A stretch of 64,000 bases of DNA from Octopus sinensis. Its lineage: Eukaryota. Numbering within the stretch: the first letter of the stretch is position 1; each line of letters starts with the position of its first letter. The stretch is taken from contig NC_043019.1 of NCBI RefSeq assembly GCF_006345805.1, positions 20,707,360 to 20,771,359 on the forward strand, read 5' to 3'. Positions 1 through 11,400 of the stretch are shown piece after piece. Position numbers and translations under genes: made by a program. The notes under the pieces were generated by a model. The model was not told where the DNA came from. It did no database searches and was given only the letters and a program-made list of their open reading frames with translations.

Positions 1-198
1 GCAAGCTGTTTGTTTGAGTCAAGTTGCTGTTTACACCTATTAATGAATTTTTGTGGGGCATCAGGCAGGTATACACTGTGCACCCTAATCAGCTGGATCA
101 AATTAATTCTAATTTAATCAAGCTTTATGCACATCAGCGAACTAATTCAGTAGAGAAATACTTCTTTTAGTAGAAGGTTCTGCATAAAATCTAATGGA

Positions 199-364
199 AG
201 GCGCAGGAGTGGCTGTGTGGTAAGTAGCTTGCTTACCAACCACATGGTTCCGAGTTCAGTCCCACTGCGTAGCACCTTGCGTAAGTGTCTTCTACTATAG
301 CCTCGATCTGACCAAAGCCTTGTAAGTGGATTTGGTAGACGGAAACTGAAAGAAGCCCATCGTA

Positions 365-411
<47 letters not shown>

Positions 412-642
412 GTGTGTGTGTGTTTGTGTGTCTGTGCTTGTCCCCCTAGCATTGCTTGACAACCGATGCTGGTGTTTATGTCCCTGTTACTTAGCGGTTC
501 GGCAAAAGAGACCAATAGAATAAGTACTGGGCTTACAAAAGAATAAGCTCCGGGGTCGAGTTGCTCGATTAAAGGCGGTGCTCCAGCATGGCCGCAGTCA
601 AATATGACTGAAACAAGTAAAAGAGTAAAGAGAGTAAAGAGA
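199..642 (+). mobile_element. tRNA-headed SINE family A/B with internal (TA)n/(TG)n microsatellite
   Basis: A-box TGGCTGTGTGG, B-box GGTTCAGTCCC, CORE-like CACCTTGGGCAAGTG segment, internal microsatellite and (GAGTAAA)n tail. Many copies in window. Confidence 0.85.
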
Positions 643-900
643 AGACTTCTTGATTTCTCCTTTAGTGATGAACCTGAGGCACAGAGAAACTTGCTCAACA
701 CTACTGATGTCTGATGGTTCATCAACAACAACAGAATATCCTAACCACTTTGTTGCATCATTTGCACTGAAGGCTAATATAACTTCAGCCAGTGCAGCAA
801 TAATTTCATTTTGAACTATTGATGAACTCTAGTTTGCAGTTTTTCTCCAAGAAATATTCTTGGATTGAAGATGTAGAAGTTCCAAAAAGCCAACACCCTT
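643..900 (-). pseudogene. hAT-superfamily transposase relic (DUF4371/ZMYM-like region)
   Basis: Minus frame reads SSIVQNEIIAALAEVIL..YSVVVDEPSDISSVEQVSLCLRFITKGEIK, matching the hAT pattern IQNEII...DETTDIS..EQLSICLRYV. It appears to continue (FIRFYAEPST) at ~130-195 beyond a SINE insertion. Confidence 0.65.
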
Positions 901-911
901 TATCCTTAATC

Positions 912-1628
912 TTTTATTTGTTAAAGTCATTAGACTGTGGCCATGCTGGGGCATTGCCTTGAAGAATTTTTAGTCAAATGAAGCAATCTCAATAGTAAAC
1001 TCTGTTAAATCTGACACTTATTCTATTGGTATCTTTTGTCGAACTGCTAAGTTACAGGGTTGTAAATACACCAACACCAGTTGTCAAGTGGTGGTGGGGG
1101 GACAGATACAGATACAAAGAGACATACACACACACACATATATATATGTGGAGGCACAATGGCCTAGTGGTTAGGGCAGTGGACTTGCGGTCGTAGGATC
1201 GCGGTTTCGATTCCCAGACCGGGCGTTGTGAGTGTTTATTGAGCGAAAAACACCTTAAGCTCCACGAGGCTCTGGCAGGGAGTGGTGGTGATCCCTGCTG
1301 TACTCTTTCCCCACAACTTTCTCTCACTCTTTCTTCTGTTGGCCTGCTCACTTAGCCAGTGGGTGGCATCATAGAAGGCTAAAACACTGCGAAGCGCATT
1401 GTGACCAGCGATGTGTAGCAACATCTGATAGCCTGGTCGGTCACGAAAAAAAAAATATATATATAAAACAACAGCCTTCCTTCAGTTTCCATTTACCAAA
1501 TCCACTCACAAGGCTATGGTTTGCCTAAGTAGAAGATATTTAATCAAGGTGCTATGCAGTGGGACTGAATCCAGACCTGTGTGGTTGGGAAGTGAGCTTC
1601 TTACTGCACAATCACCTCTGCACCTAAG
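912..1628 (-). mobile_element. SINE A/B (degenerate) with a C2 SINE nested in its internal microsatellite
   Basis: B half at 912-1140 and A half at 1475-1628 are both on the minus strand and flank the C2 copy. Confidence 0.7.
1148..1446 (+). mobile_element. tRNA-headed SINE family C, tail type C2
   Basis: Head GTGGAGGCACAATGGCCTAGTGGTTAGG..GGTTTCGATTCCC; tail ..GAAGCGCATTGTGACCAGCGATGTGTAGCAACATCTGAT; matches 17381-17690. Confidence 0.85.
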
Positions 1629-1841
1629 CCATGTTTAATGTGATAAACTTTCACCTAAGATATCGCTGTTCTCATGTCACCGTTCTCTGCATGACTTCAC
1701 TGAACCATATTTTAGAGGGTAGTGAACAAATGAGTCTTAATAATAATCTTTCAGTACTCTTAGTTCTGCTCTACTTACTGCTTCTGTACAACATTTACTT
1801 GACCTAGCACCTATGTTTTGTGCTTTCTTGTTGCTCTATAG

Positions 1842-1885
1842 TCTATCCACGTCATCAAGTCCTCGCCGATGACAAGCATTTTTTT
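1842..1885 (+). CDS. candidate coding exon (YPRHQVLADDKHFF) of unidentified host gene
   Basis: Strong pyrimidine tract + TAG acceptor and GTATGC donor, CpG-retaining. Phase joins exon 2083 only if the T7 run is really T8. Confidence 0.3.
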
Positions 1886-2082
1886 GTATGCATTGCAAAC
1901 CATAGATATTTTTTTTCCAGTTTTCAAAAGAAAATAATGTATGACCTTGTTACAGGTCAACATAAAGTTTGACACTACTTAGTGACATAGGTCAACCAAG
2001 GATAAATTTTAAATCATTCACTATGGAAATCTCTCAAACTTGACCTTTTACTAAATTTCTTTTCTTTATTAAATTGTGTCAG

Positions 2083-2130
2083 TGACTGCCTGGTCCAGTT
2101 TCTGTGATATTATTCTGCAAGGACAACAAA
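2083..2130 (+). CDS. candidate coding exon (xTAWSSFCDIILQGQQ), phase 1-1
   Basis: CAG acceptor after pyrimidine tract, GTCAGT donor, 48 nt, open only in the frame that joins exon 7232. Confidence 0.4.
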
Positions 2131-2855
2131 GTCAGTGAAGATTCAAGAACCACATTCATTCCATTGCCAATTGCAATACTTGAAATATTTTGAGATTCGG
2201 AGGAACCAGTCGCAGGTTCAATTTTTATCTATTCTGGTTTCAAATGTTGGCACAAAACCAGCAATTTTGGGGGAGGGGATAAGTCAATTACATTGTCCCT
2301 AGTACTCAACTAGTACTTATTTTGTCAACCTTGAAAGGTTGAAAGGCAAAGTGGACCTTGGTAGAATTTGAACTCAAAATGTATAGATGGACAAGTTTTC
2401 ATCTATATTGTAAGGAGTTCTTGTGCTGATGACATAAAACCCCAGGTCTGCTCTGATTGAGTAGATCTGCAATCAAAGGCTTTCCAACTGTCTTTTGTTT
2501 TTCTTTTGCATATCACACACTACATTAACACGTGTTCTTCCTTTTTTTTAAGCTGATCAGGTATGATGAAGAGAATTTTGCTCCTGTTTTTAGCTGATCT
2601 CTCAATGGCTAGTTGCAGCAGCAGCAGTGGTAGTTGTAGGGATGGTGGTGGTGGTGGTGGTGGTATTGATTTTAAATATTTTATATCACAGTTAGGTGTT
2701 TCCAATGGACCAATGTTTGATTTAATACATTTCTGATGTGCACTTTGGCTTCTATTGTTAAAAAAAAATAAACCGGTTTCTCAGTTTTTCTCAAGATGAG
2801 GATCTTTGCTATCTGTACATTAGTAATGTGTGCATGTGTATGAATATATATGTGA

Positions 2856-2891
<36 letters not shown>

Positions 2892-2892
<1 letters not shown>

Positions 2893-3022
2893 CCGGAGTA
2901 AGCACATAAATATGAAACAAGGTGGAAAAAAGAGTAGAATAATATGTTTTATTTAAAAGCAGCAGAAGTATAGCAAAAGCTGTTACTCAGAGTTTCACGT
3001 TCCCGTTCGTCGGACAGTTTTG

Positions 3023-3027
<5 letters not shown>
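2892..3027 (-). mobile_element. PLE-type LTR fragment (hammerhead family 1) embedded in (TA)n
   Basis: Homologous to the foldback at 38166-38400; carries a hammerhead-like motif. Confidence 0.6.
2974..3022 (-). ncRNA. minimal type I hammerhead-like motif, U4C core variant
   Basis: CAAAA-CTGT / CCGACGA / ACG-GGAA-CGT / GAAA / CTC-T-GAG / TA (GUA site) / ACAG-C-TTTTG. Helices I, II and a near-palindromic III all pair. Confidence 0.6.
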
Positions 3028-3067
<40 letters not shown>

Positions 3068-3071
<4 letters not shown>

Positions 3072-3930
3072 TCATTATCATCATCATCATTTAACATCTG
3101 CTCTCCATGCTAGCATGGGTTGGACGATTTGACTGAGGTCTGGCGAACCAGACTCCAATCTGATCTGGCAGAGTTTCTACAGCTGGATGCCCTTCCTAAT
3201 GCCAACCACTCCGAGAGTGTAGTGGGTGCTTTTACGTGCCACCAGGACGAGGGCCAGTTTGGTGGTACTGGCAACGGCCACACCCAAATGGTGCTTTTTA
3301 CGTGTCACCTGTACAGGAGCCAGTCCAGCGGCACTGGTGACGACCTCGCTTGAATATTTCACATGCCACCAGCACAAGTGCTGGTAAGGTAACGCGGTAA
3401 CGATCATACTTGAATGGTGTGCTTAACGTGCCATCGGCACGGAGGCCAGCTTGTTGCTCTGGCAACGATCTCACTCATATGGTACTCTTAGCGCTCCACT
3501 AGCAACGGATGCCAGTCACCGAATTTGATTTCGACTTCGATTTCACTTGCCTCAACTGGTCTTCGCAAGCAGAGTTTAGTGTCCAATGAAGAAAAGGCAC
3601 GCACAAGTGGACTGGTTACACCCCGAGCATAGGCCACAAGGTTATGGTCACACTTGCGCTTGTCGAGTCTTCTGCAGCACAACATATTTCCAGAGGTCCA
3701 GGTCACTAATCCTTGCCTCGGTGAGGCCCAATGTTTGAAGGTCATGTTTCACCACCTCATCCCAGGTCTTTCTGGGTCTACCTCTTCCACAGGTTCCCTC
3801 AACTGCTAGGGTGTGGCACTTTTTCACACAGCTATCGACATCCATTCTCGCCACATGACCATACCAGCGCAATCGTCTCTCTTGCACACCACATCTGATG
3901 CTTCTTAGGTCCAACCTTTCTCTCAGGGCA
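3068..3930 (-). mobile_element. 5'-truncated RTE-clade LINE (family E): ORF2 C-terminus + 3'UTR + (GAT)n tail
   Basis: ORF 3648-3914: RLRWYGHVARMD..CVKKC...VEGTCGRGRPRKTWDEVVKHDL, a typical RTE C-terminus. The 3'UTR is shared with many shorter copies. Confidence 0.85.
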
Positions 3931-4079
3931 CTAAATTGTTATTTCTCAGCAGCAATCTAGTTGATTTTTCTTTGGATTTTTTTTAATAATTATATTTTTG
4001 GATTGGATATTGTTTTCTCATTTCCTTGTATGCAACCTGTCAGGTTTAACTTGAACACCCAGCGTATTTATATATATAT

Positions 4080-4444
4080 ATATATATATATCAATCAATA
4101 TAAGGGTAACAAAAAATTCAAGAAAAATTTTCTGCTACCAGCGGTCAAGTGAGTTTCAGAATTACTATTTTTTGCGGTTTTGAGTTTTAGCTGCTCTTTT
4201 CAAGTGAGTCGAACGACCTTCTCAGGGTCATTCCTTAATATTTTGTTATATATATTTATATATGTATATATATATACATATATATATATCAATCAATATA
4301 AGGGTAACAAAAAATTCAAGAAAAATTTTCTGCTACCAGCGGTCAAGTGAGTTTCAGAATTACTATTTTTTGCGGTTTTGAGTTTTAGCTGCTCTTTTCA
4401 AGTGAGTCGAACGACCTTCTCAGGGTCATTCCTTAATATTTTGT

Positions 4445-4450
<6 letters not shown>
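4080..4450. repeat. 198-bp tandem duplication with (TA)n spacers
   Basis: Unique parts starting at 4092 and 4290 (~160 bp) look identical by eye. Confidence 0.9.
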
Positions 4451-4479
<29 letters not shown>

Positions 4480-5383
4480 CCATCTATCTGTCTGCCTGTC
4501 TGTCTATCTGTCTGTCCATGCCGACATAAAAAATCAGATATTAGATGATGACAATGACGATGACAATGACGATGACAATGATAGTGATGCATGTATGTGA
4601 GTGTGTGTGTGTGCGTGCGCGTATGTGTGTGTTTGTGTTTGTGCATGCGCGTGCGTGTTTGTTTATTCATGATAGAAAGCCCTGCTTGAAGTGTTAGAAG
4701 ACTTCTCTTCTCTTGTTACACACTAATATCATATTTAAAAATTTTATAGAACCCTGTTTTCCTCTAAGAAGGAATGAGAATGAGGGTGAGAGAGAGAGAG
4801 AGAGAGACTGATAGACAGATACAGAGATGTTGCACATTTTGCAATATTCAGTTAGTTTATGCTACAGGAGTTATATAAGAGCTATATATTTATTTATCTA
4901 CACACCAGGAGGTGTAGATTTGTTTTTAGGTTCTTCAGACAACTTAATGTCATTCATACACATGGGGCCTGCAAATATATATATATATATATATATATGA
5001 AGGCATAAAAGTATGCATGTATGTATGCATGCATAATATGTATATGTATATGTGTGTATGAATGTAAGTATGTATGTATGCAAGTATATGTGTATGCAGT
5101 GTGTGTGTATGTAAGTGTGTATATATATTCTTGTATGAATGTATGTATGTATCCATATATGTATATATATACATATGCATGCATGCATGTATGTATATAT
5201 GAATGCATGCCTGAATGTATGCATGCATACATGTATGCTTATTTATACCTGCATGTATGCATGCATATATATACATATGTATACATGCACACAATTATGC
5301 CACCACACAAATACATCATCTCAAACACAAGAACAGTCTTAGATATCATTGCATACAAAATGTCTTAGTCGATATCCCTCTCT

Positions 5384-5384
<1 letters not shown>

Positions 5385-5422
<38 letters not shown>

Positions 5423-5627
5423 GTTTAACGTCCGCTTTCCATGCTAGCATGGGTTGGACGGTTTGACCATGGGCTGGCAAACCAGATGGCTGCACCAGGC
5501 TCCAGTCTTGATCTGGCAGAGTTTCTACAGCTGGGTGCCCTTCCTAATGCCAACCACTCCGAGAGTGTAGTGGGTGCTTTTACGTGCCACCGGCACAGGG
5601 GCCAGTCAGAGGCAACGACCTCGCTCG
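5385..5627 (-). mobile_element. RTE family E 3' end fragment
   Basis: (CAT)n followed by CGTTTAACGTCCGCTTTCCATGCTAGCATGGG..TGCCCTTCCTAATGCCAACC. Confidence 0.85.
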
Positions 5628-5737
5628 AATTTTCTTTTTTTTTTTATGGAATTTCTGGTGTTGCTTAATAGAGTCCATGTTTGACCATCAGTGGCCTTGA
5701 TTTCATCTTGTTTCCATTGAAGTAACCTGAATAGTGA

Positions 5738-6185
5738 AGGCATATGGCTTTATGGTTAGAGTATGTGACTCACAACCATAAGTTGCATTCCTGGCGATGT
5801 GTTGCATCTTTGAGCAAGAAACTTTATTTCACATTGCTCTAGTCCACTCAGCCGGAAAAAACAAATTGTACCTGTATTTTAAAGGACCAGCCTTGTCACA
5901 TTCTGTGTCACATGAATCTCCCTGAGTATTATGTTTAGGGTATGATCCGCCGAGGTCGACTTTGCCTTTCATCCTTTCGGGGTCGATAAATTAAGTACCA
6001 GTTACGCACTGGGGTCGATGTAATCGACTTAATACCTATGTCTGTCCTTGTTTGTCCCCTCTGCATTTAGCCCCTTGTGGGTAATAAAGAAATAGGTGTG
6101 AGTGTCTGTGAGTGCTCAGCCACTTGCATATTAATTTCATGAGCAGACTGTTCTGTTGAAAGGATCAATTGGAACTGACGGATTG
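5738..6185 (+). mobile_element. SINE family F (tRNA head, CORE-like body, C1-type tail) with nested family D copy at ~5946-6094
   Basis: Body TTTGAGCAAGAAACTTTATTTCACATTGCTC; tail is homologous to the C1 tail at 63100-63320; a D fragment interrupts it. Confidence 0.7.
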
Positions 6186-6349
6186 CCAGTTATTTTTTAA
6201 CCTGAATGTTGTCGTGAGCCCTAATGAAGCAAACACATTGAGGATCACTGATTTACTCTAAGCACCATATTTCTTTTTAGCTAGGTGTCCCTTGGTGATG
6301 CAATTTTTGTTGCAATTCTCATCATTGTCTTTTAATGTCCATTTTTCCA

Positions 6350-6742
6350 TTACTCTTTACCCTTTTACTTGTTTCAGTCATTTGACTGCAGCCATGCTGG
6401 AGCACCGCCTTTAGTCGAGCAAATCGACCCCGGGACTTATTCTTTGTAAGCCCAGTACTTATTCTATCGATCTCTTTTGCCGAACCGCTAAGTGATGGGG
6501 ACATAAACACACCAGCATCGGTTGTCAAGCAATGCTAGGGGACAAACACACACACGCATATATATATATATACATATATATACGACAGGCTTCTTTCAGT
6601 TTCTGTCTACCAAATCCACTCACAAGGCATTGGTCGGCCCGGGGCTATAGCAGAAGACACTTGCCCAAGATGCCACGCAGTGGGACTGAACCCGGAACCA
6701 TGTGGTTGGTTAGCAAGCTACTTACCACACAGCCACTCCTGC
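6350..6742 (-). mobile_element. SINE A/B
   Basis: Full reverse-complement match to 199-642 with a shorter internal microsatellite. Confidence 0.85.
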
Positions 6743-7231
6743 ACCATTCTTGCCTGAATAAGAAGGAATTTGTTGAGGCAGACCTACAGCTAGATGACCT
6801 CCCTGCCACCAATGCTTTCTTGTTTCCAAGCAAGGTAATACTTCCTCATGATCAGACATTTTTTCATGGAATACTGGAAATGAAGAGCATCACTTGTATG
6901 ACAGTGATACTTGTTTATAACCATTGCAGAATGTCATGGTAACAGTATACACACACACACACACACACACAATGGACTTCCTACAGTTTCTGACTACCAA
7001 ATTCATTCAAAAGCTTTAGTAAGCCAGGAGTTATAAAAGAAAAACACATAAGGTGCTGTGCAGTGGGACTGAACCTAAGACTACATGATTGAGAAGCATG
7101 CCTGCACCTGTATCGTAGGATATATTTTCATCCTTCCCAAAGCATCTTTTGAGACATTCTGAGAAACACTGAGGCCATTGATTAAAATGTAGTTAGACTG
7201 GTTTGTTGTTTACCTTAATTTTTATACTCAG

Positions 7232-7291
7232 GTGAGAATATTTATCTTGGCCATGCTCCATTTCAATATTCTATGAGTCTGATGGAACCAG
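7232..7291 (+). CDS. candidate coding exon (xENIYLGHAPFQYSMSLMEP), phase 1-1
   Basis: TTTTTATACTCAG acceptor, CAG|GTTAAT donor, 60 nt open, phase-compatible with exons 2083 and 7922. Confidence 0.5.
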
Positions 7292-7664
7292 GTTAATGTT
7301 CTAGTTCTTCATTGTGCCATTCATATTTTTGGCATGCACTTTTAGGTCATCCATAAAGAAGCTATGCATCAGGTTGGTGTATCTGTCTTCCTGGGAGCCA
7401 ATTACATAAACTCGTATAAGTATGATTGTAGGTATATTCATTTTATTTTCCTATTTATTTGATTTATTCCTAGAAAGAAGGAGATGGTTTCTAACAAAAA
7501 CTCCATCGTCGGAATTTGAATACTGACAACAATAATTGTCATATATTGAACTTTAAGAAAGTCTTGCATATTTTTATAGTTCCACTTACTGACTGTATCT
7601 ATAACCTGTATGATAACTGGTCTCTTTGAATGAAAATCCTAGTTTCTCCTTGGTGGAATGTCAG

Positions 7665-7728
<64 letters not shown>

Positions 7729-7921
7729 TGTATGTATGTAGACATATATTTTTTTTTTACAAAACTAATAAATCGTGATGTTTTCCTCCCTCCAGTTGTA
7801 GAGAGGTTATGTGCCTCCAACCATTTGAGTCTAATGTGTCTCCTTGACATATAGTAATATATATATATATATATATATTATATCAAATTTGATGATATTT
7901 TTTTATGTCTCCTTTTTCCAG

Positions 7922-8069
7922 GAACAACTTGCTGTATTGGTGAACAGTCAACAACACTAGAGAGCATAAAGGTTAAAGTTGTAGTTGAGGAAAATTTAGC
8001 TGACATAGAGGACTGGAAGCAATCTGAATATTGGAAAAGAGTTACCTGTATCATGGTGATTCATGCCAG
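7922..8069 (+). CDS. candidate coding exon (GTTCCIGEQSTTLESIKVKVVVEENLADIEDWKQSEYWKRVTCIMVIHAR), phase 1-2
   Basis: Very strong acceptor TTTTATGTCTCCTTTTTCCAG, CAG|GTATCA donor, 148 nt open in a single frame, unique sequence. Confidence 0.6.
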
Positions 8070-8106
8070 GTATCAAAATGCCATCATTTTACTGCTCAAT
8101 GCTCTC

Positions 8107-8395
8107 ATCATCATCATCATCATTGTTTAACGTCCGTTTTCCATGCTAGCATGGGTTGGACGATTGACTGAGGGCTGGCGAACCAGATGGCTGCACCAGG
8201 CTTCAATCTTGATCTGGCAGAGTTTCTACAGCTGGATGCCCTTCCTAACACCAACCACTCCAAGAGTGTAGTTGGTGCTTTTACGTGCCACTGGCACGGG
8301 GGCCAGTCAGGTGGTACTGGCAATGACCTCACTTGAATCTTTTACACATGCCACTGGCACAGGTGCCAGTAAGGCGATGCTGGTAATGATCACGC
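8107..8395 (-). mobile_element. RTE family E 3' end fragment
   Basis: (CAT)n tail and shared 3'UTR sequence. Confidence 0.85.
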
Positions 8396-8429
8396 TCTAT
8401 ATATACTTAAAGGTTGTAAGACATTTCCC

Positions 8430-9234
8430 ATATATCATGAAAACCAAGTTTCTGCAAACTGTGATGGTCTTTGGATGTTTCTTTAGTGAGGGTCATATCA
8501 TGCCACACCACACCTTTGAACAGGTCCTTAGGCTCAATTCATATAACTATGTGAAGCTGCTGCATGCTATGGTCAAACCCTGGCAGGGGAGGGTTGCTGG
8601 TGGACGGCCATATGTGTGGCAGCAGGAATTGGCTCCTTGCTATATCTCCAAAAAGAGTCAGATGTGGTTGTCAAAAAATTTCTATGACTTCACCATCCTC
8701 AATTTTTGGCCTTCTAATTCCCTTGATTGTAATCCCATGGATTACTATGTGCGGAGTATGATTGAGAAAGACACCAACTGTTCTGCCTGCAACACTGAGC
8801 TAGTTGTGGAGGCACGTGGCCTAGTGGTTAGAGCAGCGGACTCGCGGTTGCAGGATCGTGGGTTCGAATCTCAGTCCAGGCGATGTGTGTGTTTATGAGC
8901 AAAACACCTAAGCTCCACACGGCTCCGGCAGAAGTTAATGGCGAAACTTCTGCTGACTCTTTCACCACAACTTTCCCTCATTCTTTCCTCCTGCATCTCT
9001 CAGCTCACCTGCGATGGACCGGCGTCCCTTCCAGGTGGGGAACCTATACGCCAAGACACTGGGAAACAGGCCCTTATGAGCCGGGCATGGCTCGAGAAGG
9101 AACAAACAACATTGAGCTAGTGGCCAAGACCAAGGAGGTATTTCAAGATCTTCCTAGGAACACAGTAAGGAATACTCAGGTTCTGGAGTCATCTTGAAAT
9201 TGCAATAGAAACTGGGGATGGCTACTTTGAGTAA
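8430..9234 (+). pseudogene. DD37D (maT-type) Tc1/mariner transposase relic, C-terminal half
   Basis: KTKFLQTVMVFGC..EG..MP..FEQ..RLNS..Y..LL...VKPW...AGGRPYVWQQE(D)LAPC..WP.NS.DCNPMDYY, with 37 residues between the second and third catalytic positions. Ends GDGYFE* and is interrupted by a SINE. Confidence 0.85.
8806..9108 (+). mobile_element. SINE family C, tail type C3, inserted in maT relic
   Basis: Flanked by near-identical 13-bp TSD ACA(C/T)TGAGCTAGT (8792-8804, 9109-9121). Confidence 0.9.
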
Positions 9235-9398
9235 ACTGTTTGTTTCCCAGTCATAGATATTGAATTATGAGTAAAAATATTCTGCCTTTTTGGGAGTAAG
9301 AAATCTGGATTTCAGCGATGTCCATGCTCTTATTTGAAGAACTTTTGCTGAAGACCACAACACATAGCCTGGTCCAGGAATCAAAATCATGATCTTAC

Positions 9399-9515
9399 CG
9401 TTTGAGGGTATAATACCCCAAGTTCTCAATATTTGAAGGATATATTTTTATTGACCCCACAAAGAAGTGAACGATTAAGTAGACCTCAGCAGGATTAGAA
9501 TTCAAAGGCAGAAAC
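9399..9515 (-). CDS. candidate antisense exon (FLPLNSNPAEVYLIVHFFVGSIKIYPSNIENLGYYTLKR), phase 2-2
   Basis: Strong acceptor TTTTCTTTTGTTTTTTAG and CG|GTAAGA donor, 117 nt open. No partner exon was established. Confidence 0.3.
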
Positions 9516-10303
9516 CTAAAAAACAAAAGAAAAACACATCTAGTTGATATTTTTTTTTTTTTTTTAAACTCTCTACTTTTCGATGGGATATTGTTTTCAT
9601 TTTCTTTTATGCAAACTGTCAAGTTTAACCCAAACACTCTCCACAATATAACTACTAAAAACTTATACCTATATAGGTGGGGAGGGAGGAACAAGCCCTT
9701 CTTTGGTGTGAGTAGTAGCATTAGGCATAGTATAGTAGTTGTAGTAGCAGCAGCAGCAGACTTGGTGGTATTAATATTAGTGACACAGTGGTGGGTGTGA
9801 CTGTCTTCATATGGTGGTGATGGTGGTGGTGATTATGGTTACAGTGATGATTGTTTTTTCTGTTTTGACACAGTTCAGTATAGATCAAATAGATCTCTGA
9901 TCAAAGGCTTTCCAGCCATGGCCATCAAGACCTTTATTTAGAAATAGTATATCTAGTGTGTCTGTTTATATTTCTATATATTTCTAAGACAGTGATCTAA
10001 AGGTGATTTTGCTGTAAAATTCTGTGGTATGAGTGACTGGTTGAAACAATGGGGAAAGATTAAACTAGAAAATGTCACGTGACCACACATGCACACACAC
10101 ACGCGTGCACACACACACATACATGCATGTGTGTGTACACATACACACATCAGTTGGTTCATCTGTTGAAATCCACCTTTCCTTCACAAAATTCAGTAAA
10201 GGTTATACAAACAAACTACATCATCATTGCTACAACTTCAGCTTTTCCAACTTCAAATTCAACTGTATGTATGAGTGTGACTGTGTGTGTGAGTATATGT
10301 GTA

Positions 10304-10402
<99 letters not shown>

Positions 10403-10951
10403 AAATCAAAATAAGCCACAGAGATTTTTCAGCTACTTAGGTCTATGCGAGATGGTTCTACTATATCCATATAAAAGTATAAATATTTGTATATGTGTAT
10501 ATATGCATATATGTGCATAACCTATTAACCTCCTAGCTCTCATAAATCATTATTTTGCTTCTTTGTAAATAATACTTTTCAGTTACTTAAGTCTATGCGA
10601 GATGGTTATACGATATCCATATAAATGTATAAATATTTGTGTATGTGTGTGTGTGTGCATGTGTGTACATATATAAATATGTGTCTGTATCTGTACACAT
10701 ATTTATTTTTTCTGATTCTTGGCTTATAATTAATATATAGATAGCATATTTATCTTTCCAGTATTCCGTAAGTAAATGCCCTGAGCAGTCTTTATAGAAA
10801 CCACCTAATAAGTAATTAAGTACAGGAATGAATATTAAACTGATTCTATGTAATCTTTCCTTTTTAGTGTTGATAATTGATATATACACACATTTTACCT
10901 ATTTTGGTTATGATATCGTTTTTGATAATCTTAAATTTTATTTTTATACAA

Positions 10952-11088
10952 CTAGGAAGGGCATCCAGCTGTAGAAACACTGCCAGATCAGACTGGGCCT
11001 GGTGCAGCCTTCTGGCTTCCCAGACCCCAGTTGAACCGTCCAACCCATGCTAGCATGGAAAGTGGACGTTAAACGATGATGATGATGA
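10952..11088 (+). mobile_element. RTE family E terminal fragment
   Basis: TAGGAAGGGCATCCAGCTGTAGAAAC..GGACGTTAAACGATGATGATG. Confidence 0.85.
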
Positions 11089-11229
11089 TAATTATATTGA
11101 TTATAAACAATCACCCATCATACCCCAAGATAAAATTTCCTCTGTATTAACATCCTAGGTTTTATTTGCGTCTTGCCCCTTTAACTAGTAATTAACATCA
11201 TGATTTAGATACACGTAAGTATTTTATCC

Positions 11230-11400
11230 ATCGCTTCATTCTGTGTTCAAATTCTGCGGTGGTTGACTTTGCCTTTCATCCTTTTGCAGTCGATAAAATA
11301 AGTACCAGTTGAAAACTGGGGCTGGTGTAATCAACTAGTCCCCTCCTCATAAATTTGAAGCCTTGTGCCTCCAGTAGAAAGGATTATTATTATTACTATT
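11230..11400 (+). mobile_element. SINE family D, tail variant D2 ending in (ATT)n
   Basis: GTTGACTTTGCCTTTCATCCTTT..GATAAAATAAGTACCAG body with an alternative tail; similar copies at ~2235-2395 (-) and ~32017-32180 (+). Confidence 0.7.

Noticed and set aside
8272-8898. 208-aa ORF as an intact transposase gene
   Set aside because: It is a chimera of RTE UTR, maT relic and SINE, lacks the N-terminus, and has a D-to-E change at a catalytic position.
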